A DNA stretch of 64,000 nt from Octopus sinensis (Eukaryota): NCBI RefSeq assembly GCF_006345805.1, contig NC_043016.1:4650001-4714000 (forward strand), given 5' to 3'. Shown one piece after another: positions 41,700 through 56,036 of this stretch. The number at the start of each line of letters is the position of its first letter. Position 1 is the first letter of the stretch. The notes under the pieces are model-generated. The model was not told the origin of the DNA and made no database searches. It worked only from the letters and a program-made list of their open reading frames with translations. The position numbers and the translations under genes are program-made.

Positions 41700-42942
41700 A
41701 GCAGGAGAGGTGATTATGAGACCAGAATTACATTGGATTTAAAAAGTAATGCTATCACCTTCAACTGAATACTGATACGAGATGCTTGTTTGAATCAGGT
41801 CGCTTTGAAAACGTGAATAATGGACCCTTGATGAAATTGCGGTGGGTAGAACGCATAATTGCACACAGAGCAATGTGCATTCACTGCAGTCAAAACATAT
41901 GCAGGTCAGTGTTATATTTGCCGTAGAAAACTTTTTAATAACCGGGTGAACAAGAAGAGTGGGTGAGGGCATGGAATTTTGAGCAAAAACCTGTCTCATA
42001 CTCAAGGCGCATTGTCATGATGAAACCACCACTCTCCACATTGTCATTGGTGGAGGCGTCTTCGTCTACTGCCCGTGTCCACCACTCTCCACATTGTCAT
42101 TGGTGGAGGCGGTCTTCGTCCCCTGCCCCCGTGTCTCGAACGCTCCAGAACTGCCAAGTAAAATGCCTGGTTAACAGTTTGACCCAGGAGGAATAAATTC
42201 TGTGAGGGGACAATTCCTTTCGCATCAATGAAATAAATCGTTTTTGACAATGGACTTCACTTGACGCACTTTTTAGGGGCGTGGTGACATTGAGTGCTTC
42301 CATGGACTTGATTGATGCTTCGTTTCCGAGTTGTAGCCATAGCAACAGCTTTCGTCACCAGTCATGACCTTCGAAAAAAGGTTCGGATCAACGTCAAACT
42401 GTTCTTTCAATCGCGACTACTTTTGGTCTTCCATGAGCAAGCGAGGCACAAATTTTGATGCAATTCAATTCCTCGCTCAAAATTCGTTGGCAGGAGCTCC
42501 AGGACACACCAGTCATATCAACAAGTTTGTCAGTTGTTCGGCGACAGTCCTTCAAGAATTTTTGTGATGTCTTCAAGTGACAAGTGACAATTCCTAAAGC
42601 GTGAAAAGCACTTGTAAACTTGTGTTTTGCTCATGGCAGTGTTCTTGTAAGCTGTTTGAAACATGACAATTGTTTCGGTCACCGTTTTCCCCAACTTAAA
42701 ACAGAATTTCACGAAAGCCCACTGTTTCATCGCTTCAGCCATCGCAAATATCAACAAGAAGGAAAGAAGTGCTGAAAAACAAAGACACACCAGGTGACAG
42801 CACGTCTTCTCTCGGCAGCGCTGGTTGGCAGACTGATGCCTGAGGGTTGCAGCAAGTGGTTTCTAGTGGCAGAAGCCTGAACTACACAGGGATTGTCCCA
42901 CAGCAGAGGACATTTCCAGTTACTTTGAGTATCCCCTCATAT
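41700..42942 (-). mobile_element. Mariner (irritans-like) transposon relic
   Basis: KFCFKLGKTVTET, SKTQVYKCFSRFR, VMTGDESCCYGY, HDNAP; TIR-like TATGAGGGGATACTCAAAG at the right end; many frameshifts. Confidence 0.85.
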
Positions 42943-42958
42943 AATATATATATATAAC

Positions 42959-42994
<36 letters not shown>

Positions 42995-43004
42995 TATTTA
43001 TATC

Positions 43005-43330
43005 ATCATCATCATCATCATCGTTTAACATCCGCCTTCCATGTATGCATGGGTAAGACGGTTGACAAGAGCTGGCCAGGTAAGAAAAACTACCCTATGC
43101 TACTGTGTCTGTTTTGGTAGAGTTTTCGTTGCTGGATGCTCATCCTAACCCCATCCATTCTGCAGAGTGGACCCTGTGCTTTTTATGTGTTACTAGCACA
43201 GGCGAGGTTGGTTTTGGCATGCTTTTTACAGCTGGATGACCTTCCAAGTGCCAACCACTTCACAGTGTGGACTGGATGCTTTTTACATGGCACCAGCACT
43301 GGCAGGGTCACCAAATAACTTGCAAGACAA
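43005..43330 (-). mobile_element. RTE 3'-UTR tail copy, diverged
   Basis: (CAT)n CGTTTAACATCCGCC..GCTGGATGACCTTCC..GCCAACCAC. Confidence 0.75.
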
Positions 43331-43456
43331 GGAATTATGAGAGGGGCAGGGCATTTGAAGAGGGGAACTTGTATCCAAGGATAAAAGGTTAGAGTGTGAC
43401 AGAGACGGCAGAAATAGGTGTTTTGCTATAGAGGAGAAACAACATGGCTACCTAGT

Positions 43457-43488
<32 letters not shown>

Positions 43489-45369
43489 GACAGAGATAGA
43501 GAGAGAGAAGTTGAAGGAGAGGGAGAGAGAGAGGGAGAGGAAGATAGAGAAAGGGAGAGAGGGAGGAACAAGAAAGAGGACAGAAACAGGTGCTCTCATG
43601 TAAAAGAGGTATTATGTGTGTGTGTGTGTGTGTGTGTCTGTCTGTGTTTATCCCCCACCCCGACACCACCACCACCACCACCACTACTTGTCAATTGGTA
43701 TTGGTGTGTTCACATCCCTGTAACTTAGCAGTCAGCAACAGAGACCGATAGAATAAGAACTGGTCTTAAAACAAAAGGGAATAAATCCTGTGGTTGATTC
43801 AGTTGACTAAACATGCTCCAATGTGGTGCACCAGCATGGGCGTAGTCTAGTGACTAAAACAAATAAATGATAAGGTGTGTGTGTGTGTGTGTGTTTATAT
43901 ATGCATATAGATATGTATATACATTTTTAACATCATGATCATGATCATCATCATCATCATCATCATCAAATCCATAGAGAGGAAGTGATCAAAAAGCAAA
44001 AAGTAGAAAAAGCAGAAAAGGAAAAAAAAAAAGGTGGGGTGTGGTGGAATGAGTGGTTCTGTTGGTGTCAGTATTTGTGCTGGTTTTTATGAGTTTATGA
44101 TGTGTATCACAAACGGTGGAGAAACACAACAATATACACTCGATGCTATCTAGTAAAGCTTTACTCGATCAAATCTATGAAGACTGAATATAATTCTGGG
44201 CAATCTTAATTAGACAAGGCCTTTTACTATAGTATCAGTCATCCTGATATTCAATCTTTCTCAAATTGCTTAAGAACTCCAATCTTAGAGTTGCCTGCTG
44301 TTAAGAATGGCAATGCCACCTTGTATGATACTTACTCTAGTAGAAGTATTTTTGTTTCTCGTTTTCTCATTTTTGTTTTTCTTTTCTTTTCTTTTTTGTC
44401 AAATCCTAAATGTAATGCCTTTTGAATTCACAAAAAGCACATAAAAGCCATCAGATTTCCTTACTTGGTTTACCATAAATACCACCCAGGTTGTATAAAG
44501 ACTATTTATGTCATGTGTAACGAGGAAATTATGGTTGACATAATTTGAAAGATTGAACTTGAAAGCAGGATTTCATATTTTTGTATATTTACAGAACAGT
44601 AAGACACCAGCTCCGACTTAATTATAAAGCAAGAAACTTTATGAATGATTCATATTTGTTTTCTTTATGACTTAGTCAGAGGTCAGTGTTTTTGAACTTG
44701 GCAAGTCTTCCTTGACTGGTAGGGTCAATAATGTTGCCATTCATTGTAAAACATTTGTAAGGACCGGAAAAAGAGTGGATGAGCTGGGAGTACTAGAAAA
44801 TAGATGCTCTGGCAAGGAAGGTCTATATAAGAGTAGTTAGTATGAGGTCTGGAGTGTGAATTACAGTAAAAGGGATGAGAAATATGTACGTAAGCTACCC
44901 CTGAGTAGAGGTAGGGTGTAACTAGATGGTTCAGAATGGCAAAAGCTATTGTTTGAATTAATAGAGTAGACAATGAAACAAAGTATGACTTCCGTGTGGC
45001 AGAGGGTTTAGCTTGTTATGGAGTGAGTATTTGACACTCATTTGGATGGCTGTCTTGTGGATCCTGCACAGGATACTTACATCAGCACAATCAAAGATGC
45101 AATATTAGACTGCTGGACAAGATGGTGATGAACAGATGGCCAGTAATTGATCAAAGCTGAACGTTTTCTTTTTCTTGTGCTGGAAAAAATCTTTTTTTAT
45201 CTTTTACTTGTTTCAGTCATTAGACTGAGACCATGCTGGGGCACTGCCATGAAGAACATTTAGCCAAATGAATCAATCCCAGAACTGACTTTCCAAGTGG
45301 TGGTGGGTGACAAACATAGACATGAAAATGCACACACAGAGACATATATGTATACATACATACATATAT

Positions 45370-45590
45370 ATATATATATGTGACCACTTGTGTACCGCTG
45401 GCGATTTTTTTCCTCTGTCTTCCCTTCTTTGGATCTTTCCTTTTCCTATGTTTCTGATGAAGAGCTCCGCTCGAAACGTTAAACCGTCCTTCTTCCCTTC
45501 CGTCCTGAGCGTCCAATAATAGTATATTTGTTCCACGTCCTCGTGTTGTTGTGTTTTCTCTTTGTGTTTCCATATTTGGATTAACTTTAT
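45370..45590 (+). mobile_element. Penelope pLTR-like repeat
   Basis: Homologous to 7775-7990 (minus) and 61100-61310. Confidence 0.78.
45450..45484 (+). ncRNA. Minimal type I hammerhead motif (dimer-dependent)
   Basis: GTTT-CTGATGA-A-GAGC-TCC-GCTC-GAAA-CGTT|AAAC; palindromic AACGTT stem III. Confidence 0.65.
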
Positions 45591-47600
45591 ATATATATAT
45601 ATATATATTGGGAGTCCAGTATGAGTACAGATGCAAGGCTGAAATGTATAAAAGAATGGAATAAAAAAAAACATTCATACATGTGTGTGTGTATGTGTGT
45701 GTGTGTGTATGTGTGTGTGTGTGTATCTGTATGTCTGTGTGTCTGTATGATTGTGTGTCTGTGTAACTGTGTGCCTGTGCGTGTGTGTGCACATGCTTGT
45801 GTGCGTGTCTGTGCATGTGTGTGTGTGAACATATTTTCTATTCCTGAGCGTTATACTAATACATCTGTTTGTTTTGTACACCACCTGTCTTCGTCTTTTG
45901 TTTTTTTCGTAAACTCTCCCCCTATATATATATATATATATATACACACAACCACACACACACACACACACACACACACGCAGACACACACACACATACA
46001 TATATACATGACAGACATCTTTTTAGTTTCTGTCTACCAAATCCACTCACAAGGTGTTGGTTGGCTCAAGGCTATAAAAACCAACATTTGCCCGTTAGTT
46101 GTTCGGATGCAGTTTGAGCTTACATTATGTTATGTAGGCTTTTCAGGAAACATTAGCGAGGCTTGCAATGCCTGGCATAAATTTGCTTTGTATTTACAAT
46201 TTCATTTTATGTTTGCAACTTTCTCTTAATAGCATAAAACAAACAAAAAGCTTTGAAATACTGTAAAATCATTTATAATAAATAGAAATTGATCTTTTCC
46301 TTATTTGGCATTTCAGTGTCGTTTAGACACAATAACTATTTTATTGTAAACTAAATGTTATTCTATTCCAGCTCGTAAACTGTGCTGGAGAAATGAATAT
46401 ACATAGACGGCTATAGAATTTGCTTGAAGAACATTTTAATTTCTACCAGAGAATACTGCATTATTTGGTTTACTTTCATCTTTTGTATATTATAATAATA
46501 AAAAATATATAACGTTACAAGCCATTGAATGAAAATCTAGATGATCAGACAACCTAACAGATAATAACAGCCAAATGTCCTTCAAGTCAAATCTGAACTT
46601 CTTAATAGTCTGAGATACAGTGTATGATGAAAAGAAGCAACGGTCATGAATTGCTGGCTTCTAAGAATAGGCCTGCTTTATGGGGTTGACCTGAGGCTAA
46701 ACTACACAGCGACCACCACCACTAACACTACCTCCATCTTAATGGAATTATTTTCAAATATCCGAAAAACAAATAAGTACTTTAAAAGGACATTTTCTGC
46801 TTTCCTACTAAAACCTACACACACATACATACACATAAACACTTAGGTATTTCTGAATTTATATACATATATACATACATGCATATATGCATATATGTAT
46901 GCATATATATCTGTGGTATATAATATATATACATAATATATATATACATCTGTATACACACATACATATGTATGTATGTATATACATGCATACATATATA
47001 TATGTATATATACATATATGCTATCATGCATATATATATATACATCTGTATACACAATACATATGTATGTATATACATGCATACATATATATATATCATA
47101 TATACATATATGCATACATCCATCCATTCATACATACATACATACATATATATAATATATATATAATATATATATATTATATATATTATATATATATATA
47201 TATCTATTATTATATATATATATAGATAGATAGATATATATACACACACCACAACATACATGCATCCCCTACACATATATATTGTTGTATGTACTTGAGA
47301 AAATATATATAGGCATAAAACCATATGCAAGACACACAGATATGGTACATATGCATGTGTGTGTGTAGACACTTTTTCAGTATTTCACCTCTAACCCGTC
47401 TTAGGATGGAACCATTGTCAATGCTTAGAATGGATGGCAAATTTTTTCTTATAATCGAATTAATTCTTCTTTTCTGTGTAAAGGTTGCAAAACAACTTCG
47501 TATTTCATAGGAATTTTATAGGTTTTCCCCATACAGAAATGCAAGAGAATTTCAGACAAAATAATTGAATAGCAATAATTGGTTTAGAATATATGATATA

Positions 47601-47640
<40 letters not shown>

Positions 47641-47955
47641 GTGTTTATCTATATATTATGTATAGTATATGTGTTTATATATATATGTATGTATACACTA
47701 TATATGTATATATATATATATATATTTACAGAGAGTGAGAGAGGGAGACAGATATATATTATATATATATATATGCATATATATATGTATCTATCTATTA
47801 TAAGTTTAAGCAAATAGAAATAAGTGTATATATGTTCACACATACACACACACACACACACATGCACAGACACGCACACAAGCATGTGCACACACACACG
47901 CATAGACACACAGTCATACAGACACACAGACATACAGATACACAAACACACACAC

Positions 47956-47998
<43 letters not shown>

Positions 47999-48794
47999 TT
48001 GAATGTTTTCTTTTTTTTTATTCCATTCTTTTATACATTTCAGCCTTGCATCTGTACCCATACTGGACTCCCATCATGAATTTGTACCCTTTCTGAAACC
48101 CCCTTTTGTGGTTGTTTTTTTTTTTTTTCTCTTCTGGATGGTGAGATTTCCTATCATTTCCCTTGTTTGTACTTATTTCCTGGTATTTTATGTACGAGGG
48201 AGTTAGGGTTAGGTTTAGCATTCATCTCTATATAATACTGTGACAAGGACTTGGCCTGTATCATGTATAGCAACATGTCCATTTCCTTTTCGAACACTCA
48301 CATCAAATTCTTCTACCAAGTATTAACTTAAAAGGCTTGCTATCTTTGTTTGAAACAAGGACAAGAAAGCAGGTTATTGCTGCAGAGTTTAATAATGGAC
48401 AACTTCTTTAAAAACCCTTGGGTTCTACATCTTGATTATAAATTCACATTTACATCACTAATTTTACATCACTTAGTTTTATGAGTAACTGCCTTAACAA
48501 AAATCTAGACAAGCTAGGGTTTTTCAGAAAGAGAAATCAACCAACCAACATGCACGTTATAGAAACCATCTCTAAGTGGAACAATGAAATATGCAAGACT
48601 TTTCTCAAATTCAAAAGGTTACATCGTTTTTGTTACCTACATTCCATCAATGGAGTTGTATATATTTGTTAGAATCCAGCTCCTTGCTGGCAGAATGAGT
48701 CTGAATAATTAAAAATTTGAAGAGGACACACACACACACACACACACATGTGTGCATACACACATACACACTTATATTTATACACCAACCAAGA

Positions 48795-49100
48795 CAGTGG
48801 TGGCACATGGCCTAGTGGTTAGAGCAGCGGACTCGCGGTCGGGGGATCGCGAGTTCGAATCTCAGACCGGGCGATGTGTGTATTTATGAGTGAAAACATC
48901 CAAGCTCCACGCGGGGCTCGGTAGAAGAGTAATGGCGAACTTCTGCTGGCTCTTTCGCCACAATTTCTCTTGCTTTTCCTCCTCCATCTTGCAGCTCACC
49001 TGCGATGGTCTGGCGTCCCATCCAGGGTGGGGAACCTATACGCCAAGAAACCGGGAAACCAGCCCTTAGACTAGGCATGGCTCGAGAAGGAACAAACAAC
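48795..49100 (+). mobile_element. tRNA-derived SINE, family with V-domain-like centre
   Basis: A box TGGCCTAGTGG (48808), B box GTTCGAATC (48853); CTGCGATGGTCTGGCGTCCCATCCAGGG..GAAACCGGG resembles V-SINE cores. Confidence 0.8.
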
Positions 49101-49914
49101 CAGCCAATGACAACCAATGGTGAAATTGGCAACATGTTACACTGAAGAAAACTTATTCTTGGGAAGCACAGTAGAATGAATACTAAAGAGGGGAGTGTTT
49201 TTGACTATGATATCCTCATTGCATCCACCCATAGTTGACCCACTGTCTCTCTCTCTCTGTCTCTCTCTCACTGAATTCTCTCCACACCCTCCATGTCTTG
49301 GATACTTTCCTTCCATGCTTTCTCTACTCTTGCCCTCTCTTTCTCCCACCAATTCTTTACCATTTGCACCAGTTCTCTTACTCTCCTCTTTTCTCCTTTT
49401 CATTTCGACCAACCTGCCACAATCCCACCAAACCACAATTTTCCTCACTGACTCCCACCAGATTTCTTGCCACCATTACCCATTTCCCACTGTCATGTTC
49501 CCTTCCCTTCACAGCTTCCACCCAAATTCAATATATTGTGGGCAGTGAGGGGAGCTTTGTGCCCCTTTACACAACCCATTTCACTACCCTTACCACTCTG
49601 TACTTCCCTCATACTTTACTATACATTTTTTTTATCATTTATGAACACTCTTTTGGCTATTACGCTCGGGTTGCAGTGTTTCCTCACTATTGCTGGTGCT
49701 ACACACACGCACACACACAAACAAACATTCTAGCATATGCTTTAATATGGTTGGTGATAGGAAGAGCACCCAGCAGTAAAACTAAGCCAAAACTAGTGAT
49801 ATTGGAGCATCCTGTGTTCGTCTAACTTGTCATGTTCTGTCCAACAATCCTAACAATCTCAGTACAGAAAGCGGACATGAAATGGTAATGATGGTTTTAT
49901 ATATATATATATAT

Positions 49915-50140
49915 ATAAGGCATGGGTGTGTGATAAGAAGCTTGCTTCCCAACCACATGGTTCTGGGTTCAGTCCCACTGCGTGGCACCTTGGGCAAGTG
50001 TCTTCTACTATGGCCTCGGGCCGACTAAAACCTTGTGAGTGGATTTGGTAGACGGAAACTGGAAGAAGCCTGTCGTATATATATATATATTATATATATA
50101 CATATATACATATATATATATATGAATATACGTGTGTCTG
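49915..50140 (+). mobile_element. SINE family A, 5' half
   Basis: Homologous to 2908-3075. Confidence 0.85.
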
Positions 50141-50294
50141 TGTGTGTGTGTATGTGTTTACTTGGATTTAAAAACAAGAATAAAATATTCTACACTTAAG
50201 TAGTATATAAATGTTTATTAAGCCCCATTGCTCCACTGAGTTTTGCCATTTATTGCCAGACAGAACATGACACTATAGGTTGCATTACACAGTA

Positions 50295-51300
50295 CCATCA
50301 TCATCGTTTAACGTCCGTTTTCCATGCTAGCATGGGTTGGATGGTCTGACCGGGGTCTGGAAAGCCAGGAGGCTGCACCAGGCTCCAGTCTGATATGGCA
50401 GTGTTTCTACTGATGGATACCCTTCCTAACGTCAACCACTCTATGAGTGTTGTGGGTGCTTTTTATATGCCACCAGTACAGGGGCCAGAGGAGGCTGGCA
50501 ACAGCCACGATAAGTTGGTGCATTTTACATGCCACTGGCACGGACACCAATCAAGGCAGTGCTGCCATTGGCTACATTCAGATAGTGCTTTTTATGTGCC
50601 ACTGGCATGGGGATCACAACTACAATTTCCATTTGATTTTTATTTTGATGTTGATGTACTTGACTGAATATGTCTCCTCAAGCACAGCAGGTCACCCTAA
50701 AATCCAAGTTAAGCACAGCAGGCCGTCCTGCAAACCATGAACTCACTTCATTTGTTGGGTCTTCGCAGTCACAGCATATCTCCAGAGATCTCGGTCTTCC
50801 ATCATTGCATCTGTGAGGCCCAGCGTTCGAAGGAGTTGCTTGACCACCTCGTCCCATGTCTTCTTGGGTCTACCTCTACCCCAGATTCCTTCAACTGTTT
50901 GGGAGTGGCACTTCTTCACACATCTCTCCTCATCCATCCATAGTACATGACCATATCAGCGCAAATGTCTCTCCTGCATGCCACATCCAATGCTTCTTAT
51001 GTCCAACATTGCTCTCAGGGTGCTTACACTCTAGCGCGCATGGACACTGACATTACACATCCAGCGGATCATGCTAGCTTCATTTCTTTCGAGCCTACAC
51101 ATGTCCTCAGCAGTCACGGCCCATACTTCACGGCAGTTCACACTCATGCATCGTACAATCTACCTTTCACTCTGAGCGAGAGACACTTTGTCACCAGTAG
51201 AGGTAGGAGCTTTCTAAACTTTGCCCAGGCTATTCTTATTCTAGTGGTAATACTCTCTGAGCATCCACCCCAACTACTAACTTGGTCACCTAGATTACAG
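50295..51300 (-). mobile_element. RTE-clade LINE 3' fragment with 3' UTR (relative of the 25.5-28.2 kb element)
   Basis: LGDQVSS..IAWAKFRKLLPLLVTK..GRGRPKKTWDEVVK; same UTR tail. Confidence 0.9.
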
Positions 51301-52323
51301 ATTCTCTGGTTATGGGTGTTGCCATTGCAGGGCAAAGTGGGGAATTTTTATGAATAATTATTATTATCAAATGATATCTTTATTAGGTTTTATGAAAATT
51401 TATAAAAATGTAAAAAATTATACTATGACAAAATGTGCAACTCTATGAACAAAAGGAAACGTATATATAGATGTATGTATCTTTCTATATCATCTCTCTC
51501 TCTCTCTCATACTCACTCACTTCTTTCCTTTCTCAGTTCCTATTTCTTTTTCTTTGTGTGTTTATATGTACATACATGTATGTGTTACATATATACATGT
51601 AGATATGTATGTAATGTGTGTGTGTGTATTTATACACACTCACATACACACACATATGGGTATTTATGTATGTGTATACACACATGTCTTTTTCCTCCCT
51701 AAAAAGTATATGTGTGTATATGTGTGTATATGTGTGTGTGTGTGAGTAAGAGGCCAGTGAGACAATAATATTATATATTCCAGCCTCTAAGCTTCTCTCA
51801 GAACATATGGCCTTGACACAACTTGTTGTGTTTTTGTCAGTATGCAACATTGTATGTTTTCACAGGTGTAAGCTGCTGGCCACACACCCATCTTTGATGA
51901 AGGGTTCTTTTTCACACAGGGGTGAGGGGTGTTAAATCTGAATGTTACCATTAAAGATGCACAAAATGAAACTACAAAAACTGTTTTGCTGGTTACTACA
52001 GTTCAAATAATCTTAAGCACACACACGCACACATGTACGCACACATGTATGCACACATGTACGCACACACTCAGACTCACACATGCACATACAGATGTAT
52101 ATGTATGTATATAAATACACATGCTTACACATATTACACACATGCACACCCACACCCACAAAGACACGAAAAATGGGTGTGTAAATATAGAGTATAGAGT
52201 TCATTTTGTTATCAGTTGGTACCGCTTTGAGCAAGTGTCTCCTCTTCTACTGTAACGTCAGGCCAACCAACAGCTCGTGGTTCACAGACGCTGTCTGTCA
52301 TTAGTGTGTGTGTGTGTGTGTGT

Positions 52324-52368
<45 letters not shown>

Positions 52369-52614
52369 TGTGTGTGTGTGAGTGTGTGTCTATGTGCACA
52401 CGCGTGCATGTGTGTGATGTAAGATTCTGTGATCTGTAGTAGCCAGCAAAACATATCAATGAATATGTGTCAGTGTGAGTATATTTTTATTCTTCACTTT
52501 GCATCAAAACATTGAGCTAAAAACAAAAGTCTGTGGCATTTCTTGTGTTTCCTGCCAAAATTCATTCTCTTCTTCTGTGTTTACAAAGACATGCAATACA
52601 TATTCTCTTATATG

Positions 52615-53030
52615 GGCGCAGGAGTGGCTGTGTGGTAAGTAGCTTGCTTACCAACCACATGGTTCCGGGTTCAGTCCCACTGCGTGGCATCTTGGGCAAA
52701 TGACTTCTGCTATAGGTTCGGGCCGACCAAAGCCTTTTGAGTGGATTTGGTAGACGGAAACTGAAAGAAGCCTGTCGTATATATGTATATATATATATAT
52801 ACCTATATATGTGTGTGTCTGTGTGTTTGTGTTTGTCCCCCTAGCATGCTGACAAGCGATGCTGGTGTATTTACGTCCCCGTCACTTAGTGGTTTGGCAA
52901 AAAGAGACCGATAGAATAAGTACTGGGCTTACAAAAGAATAAGTCCCGGGATCAATTTGCTCGACTAAAGGCAGTGCTCCAGCATGGCCGCAGTCAAATG
53001 ACTGAAACAAGTAAAAGAGAGTAAAGAGAG
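52615..53030 (+). mobile_element. SINE family A
   Basis: Homologous to 2908-3365. Confidence 0.9.
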
Positions 53031-53877
53031 TATATGGAAAACAATTAAGGATCAGTGATAAGAAGATCGTCATCCAGATGCAAAACAATGCCTTAGTTTA
53101 TTTATCCAACCTATGCTTGTTTCACAAAATGGACAAAAAACAAATGAATGTACATGATATTCAAAGCATGTTCTCATAAGATTGATCTTTGATTTTTGTT
53201 TTATGAAAGACTTATTTATTCCTTAAACAATGTTTTCTCGTTTGTTTAAAGTAACAAACTTTCTTTGGTCCCTTAATATTTCGAAATCTTCTGGATGAGC
53301 TTGTAAGTAATCTTTCCTATCACCATATTTTCACTGGTCATAAAATAAATAGGAATGATGTATTTCAAAAACCTACATCTTTATGGCTTCCGGAAATATA
53401 ATGTAAATACATAGGCATACTTCTTTGGCAAAATATGATGCAGATATCTTTTACAATGCAAGTCCAAGGAAACTTGTAACCTGGTTACTTCACCAAATGC
53501 ATTTGAACTCTGTCTGCTCTGAAACAACTCAGAAAGATTTCTCACAGACAGATTTGGCCCCAAATCCTCTCTATGTAAGACAATGGCATAAAACTAAAAC
53601 ATTTTTGCCAAGAATGCAAGCTGTATACACTGAATATGTTTCAGTAAGGAAAACTAAAGAAATATCATCCCCAGAGACAGGAAAATTCTCATGAGTTAAA
53701 AAAACACAGATCCCATATCACTTAAACAAATAATGGAAAGTTTAAAGGAAAATAAAAATGAAGAAAAAAAAACGAAAGAAACCAGTTGGAATTGCCACTC
53801 ATAAACACTGAAAGTAAAATAAGTTACTCCCAAGAAATGAGTGAGTAATAAAGGAAGTATAAAGTATAAAAAAATGC

Positions 53878-54260
53878 ATCATCATCGTTTAACGTCCGTT
53901 TTCCATGCTAGCATGGGTTGGACGGTTCAACTGGAGTCTGGGAAGCCAGGGGCTGCACCAGGCTCCAGTCTGATCTGGCAGTGTTTCTACAGCTGGATGC
54001 CCTTCCTAACACCAACCACTCCACGAGTGTAGTGGGTGCTTTTTACATGCCACCTGCACAGGTGCCAGGGGGGTCTGGCATCGGCCACGATCGGTTGGTG
54101 CTTTTAATGTGCCACCGGCACGGAAGCCAGCCTAGGCGGCGCTGGCATCGGTCACGTTCGGATGGTGCTTTTTATGTGCCACCAGCACAGAAGCCAGTTG
54201 AGGGTGTGCTGGCAACGGCCACGTTCAGATGTTGCTTTTTATGTGCCACCGGCACAGATC
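53878..54260 (-). mobile_element. RTE 3'-UTR tail copy with diverged ~60-bp units
   Basis: Same tail, with repeated ATGTGCCACC..GGCCACG..CGGATGG units. Confidence 0.85.
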
Positions 54261-54839
54261 TTAAATTTTTTTTTTTTTTTCCATACCTTTATATGAGAAA
54301 TTGTTATTGCTCACCATAGAAAGAACTATTGTTTGTAGGAAATGTATTACTCACTGCACAAGTGAAATAATCAATGTAAACTTACAAATCAACTGGTGCA
54401 CATGCAAAATGCAACGTTAGTAGATTTCTTGGCATAGAAAATTTTTGTAAAGAACTGATGAGCATCAATTACAGTAACTTTAAAGATGTAACTGTTTTGT
54501 TCAAATGAGTATAAACTATCAGCAGGCCTTGTTCCTTCTTTTTCAGGCCTGTTTTTTTCCTAAGAGAATATTTAAAAAAATGAGTTTATCCAAACCTTTA
54601 GTTGTCTTTCCATAACTTTCTTAAAACTATATGACAATAATAATCCCTGATGGTACAAAAAGCTAACAGAAAAATCTCTGATGTTTCAAAGGCCTACAGA
54701 AGAACCAGGAAGTTGTATATGTGTGGGATGAAAACGAAATGAAATTCAATTGAATAAATGTACAATCTGGGCCAAGAGAAATTTCAGTGCCAGACACCTA
54801 AATTCAGTAAAAATTATATGATGCACATTACAAGTATGG

Positions 54840-55030
54840 TAAAATAACATTCAAAATAAAGACAAGATGAATTCTAAGAATATTTAGATCAAGAGAACAA
54901 GAGGTCATACTTGTTCTGTGGAAAGCACTTCACCTAGATTATTGCTCTCAGCTGCCTAGATTACTGCTCTCAGCTATGGTCGCCTTATTGTGTTAAGATC
55001 ATTACTGAACTGGAGGCGATCCAAAAAGCC
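54840..55030 (+). mobile_element. Old CR1-like LINE fragment
   Basis: ILRIFRSREQEVILVLWKAL..DYCSQLWSPY..ELEAIQK. Confidence 0.65.
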
Positions 55031-55233
55031 TACATAAAAAAATTATATCCTGCACCAGATGAACTTAAAAATGTGTGTGTATATATGCGCGCGCACACAT
55101 ACACACACACGCACACATACGCACACACACACACACATACATACATACATACATACATATATAATATACATCTACCAAGCTATCAATCTTTCTATCTATC
55201 TGTCTGTCAGTATATACATCTATAAATATTTAC

Positions 55234-55290
<57 letters not shown>

Positions 55291-55589
55291 CATATATATA
55301 TATATGTACATGTATGTATATATGTATGTATAAAGTATACATGCATATATATATATATATACATATATATATGAGTGTATATATGTATATATAGGTTATG
55401 TATATATATGTATTGTATATAAACGAAGGTAACTAGATGCAACATAAAACCAAAAAAGAAAATTCGGTTGTCATAAATAGTGATTGAGGGTCCACGGTAG
55501 CACTTACATGGCTGGAAATAAAAGTCAACGACCTTTATAGCCACAAACATAGCACAAGTCTACATATATATATATATATATATATATCC

Positions 55590-55855
55590 AAACTGGGCTG
55601 GATTGGGTTCTTGAGCAAGACACTTTATTTCACGTTGCTCCAGTTCACTCACCTGTAGAAATGAGTTGTAATATCACTGGTGCCAAGCTGTGTTGGCCCC
55701 TTTGCCTTTCCCTTGGATAACATCAGTGGTGTGGTGAATGGAGGCCGGTATACATGGGTGACTGCTGGCCTTCCGTAAAACAACCTTGCCCAGACTTGTA
55801 CTAAGGAGAGGAACTTTCTAGGTGCAATCCCATGGTCATTCATGACTGAAGGGGT
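55590..55855 (+). mobile_element. CORE-like SINE, 5'-truncated
   Basis: TTGAGCAAGACACTTTATTTCACGTTGCTCCAGTTCACTCA..GTAGAAATGAGT. Confidence 0.7.
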
Positions 55856-56005
55856 TCTTTCCCCTTTATATATATATATATATATATAATAATAATATTA
55901 GGGAGTATATCCAAACTTACAGGGAAAATTAGATTTAGGATTAAATCAAATTTCACAGTATAAATATAAATAAATTAGAGATAAGACCACTATTAAAATT
56001 TTAAA

Positions 56006-56036
<31 letters not shown>

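Noticed and set aside
44450-44950. Minus-strand FLVTHDINSLYT, as a possible exon (donor GTAAGG) or Penelope RT motif
   Set aside because: Only one short motif resembles Penelope LVT.DV.SLYT; the surrounding frames are broken. Neither reading is supportable.
48798-48875. tRNA-like sequence with A and B boxes
   Set aside because: The acceptor stem does not pair and the sequence continues into a SINE body; called a SINE head, not a tRNA gene.
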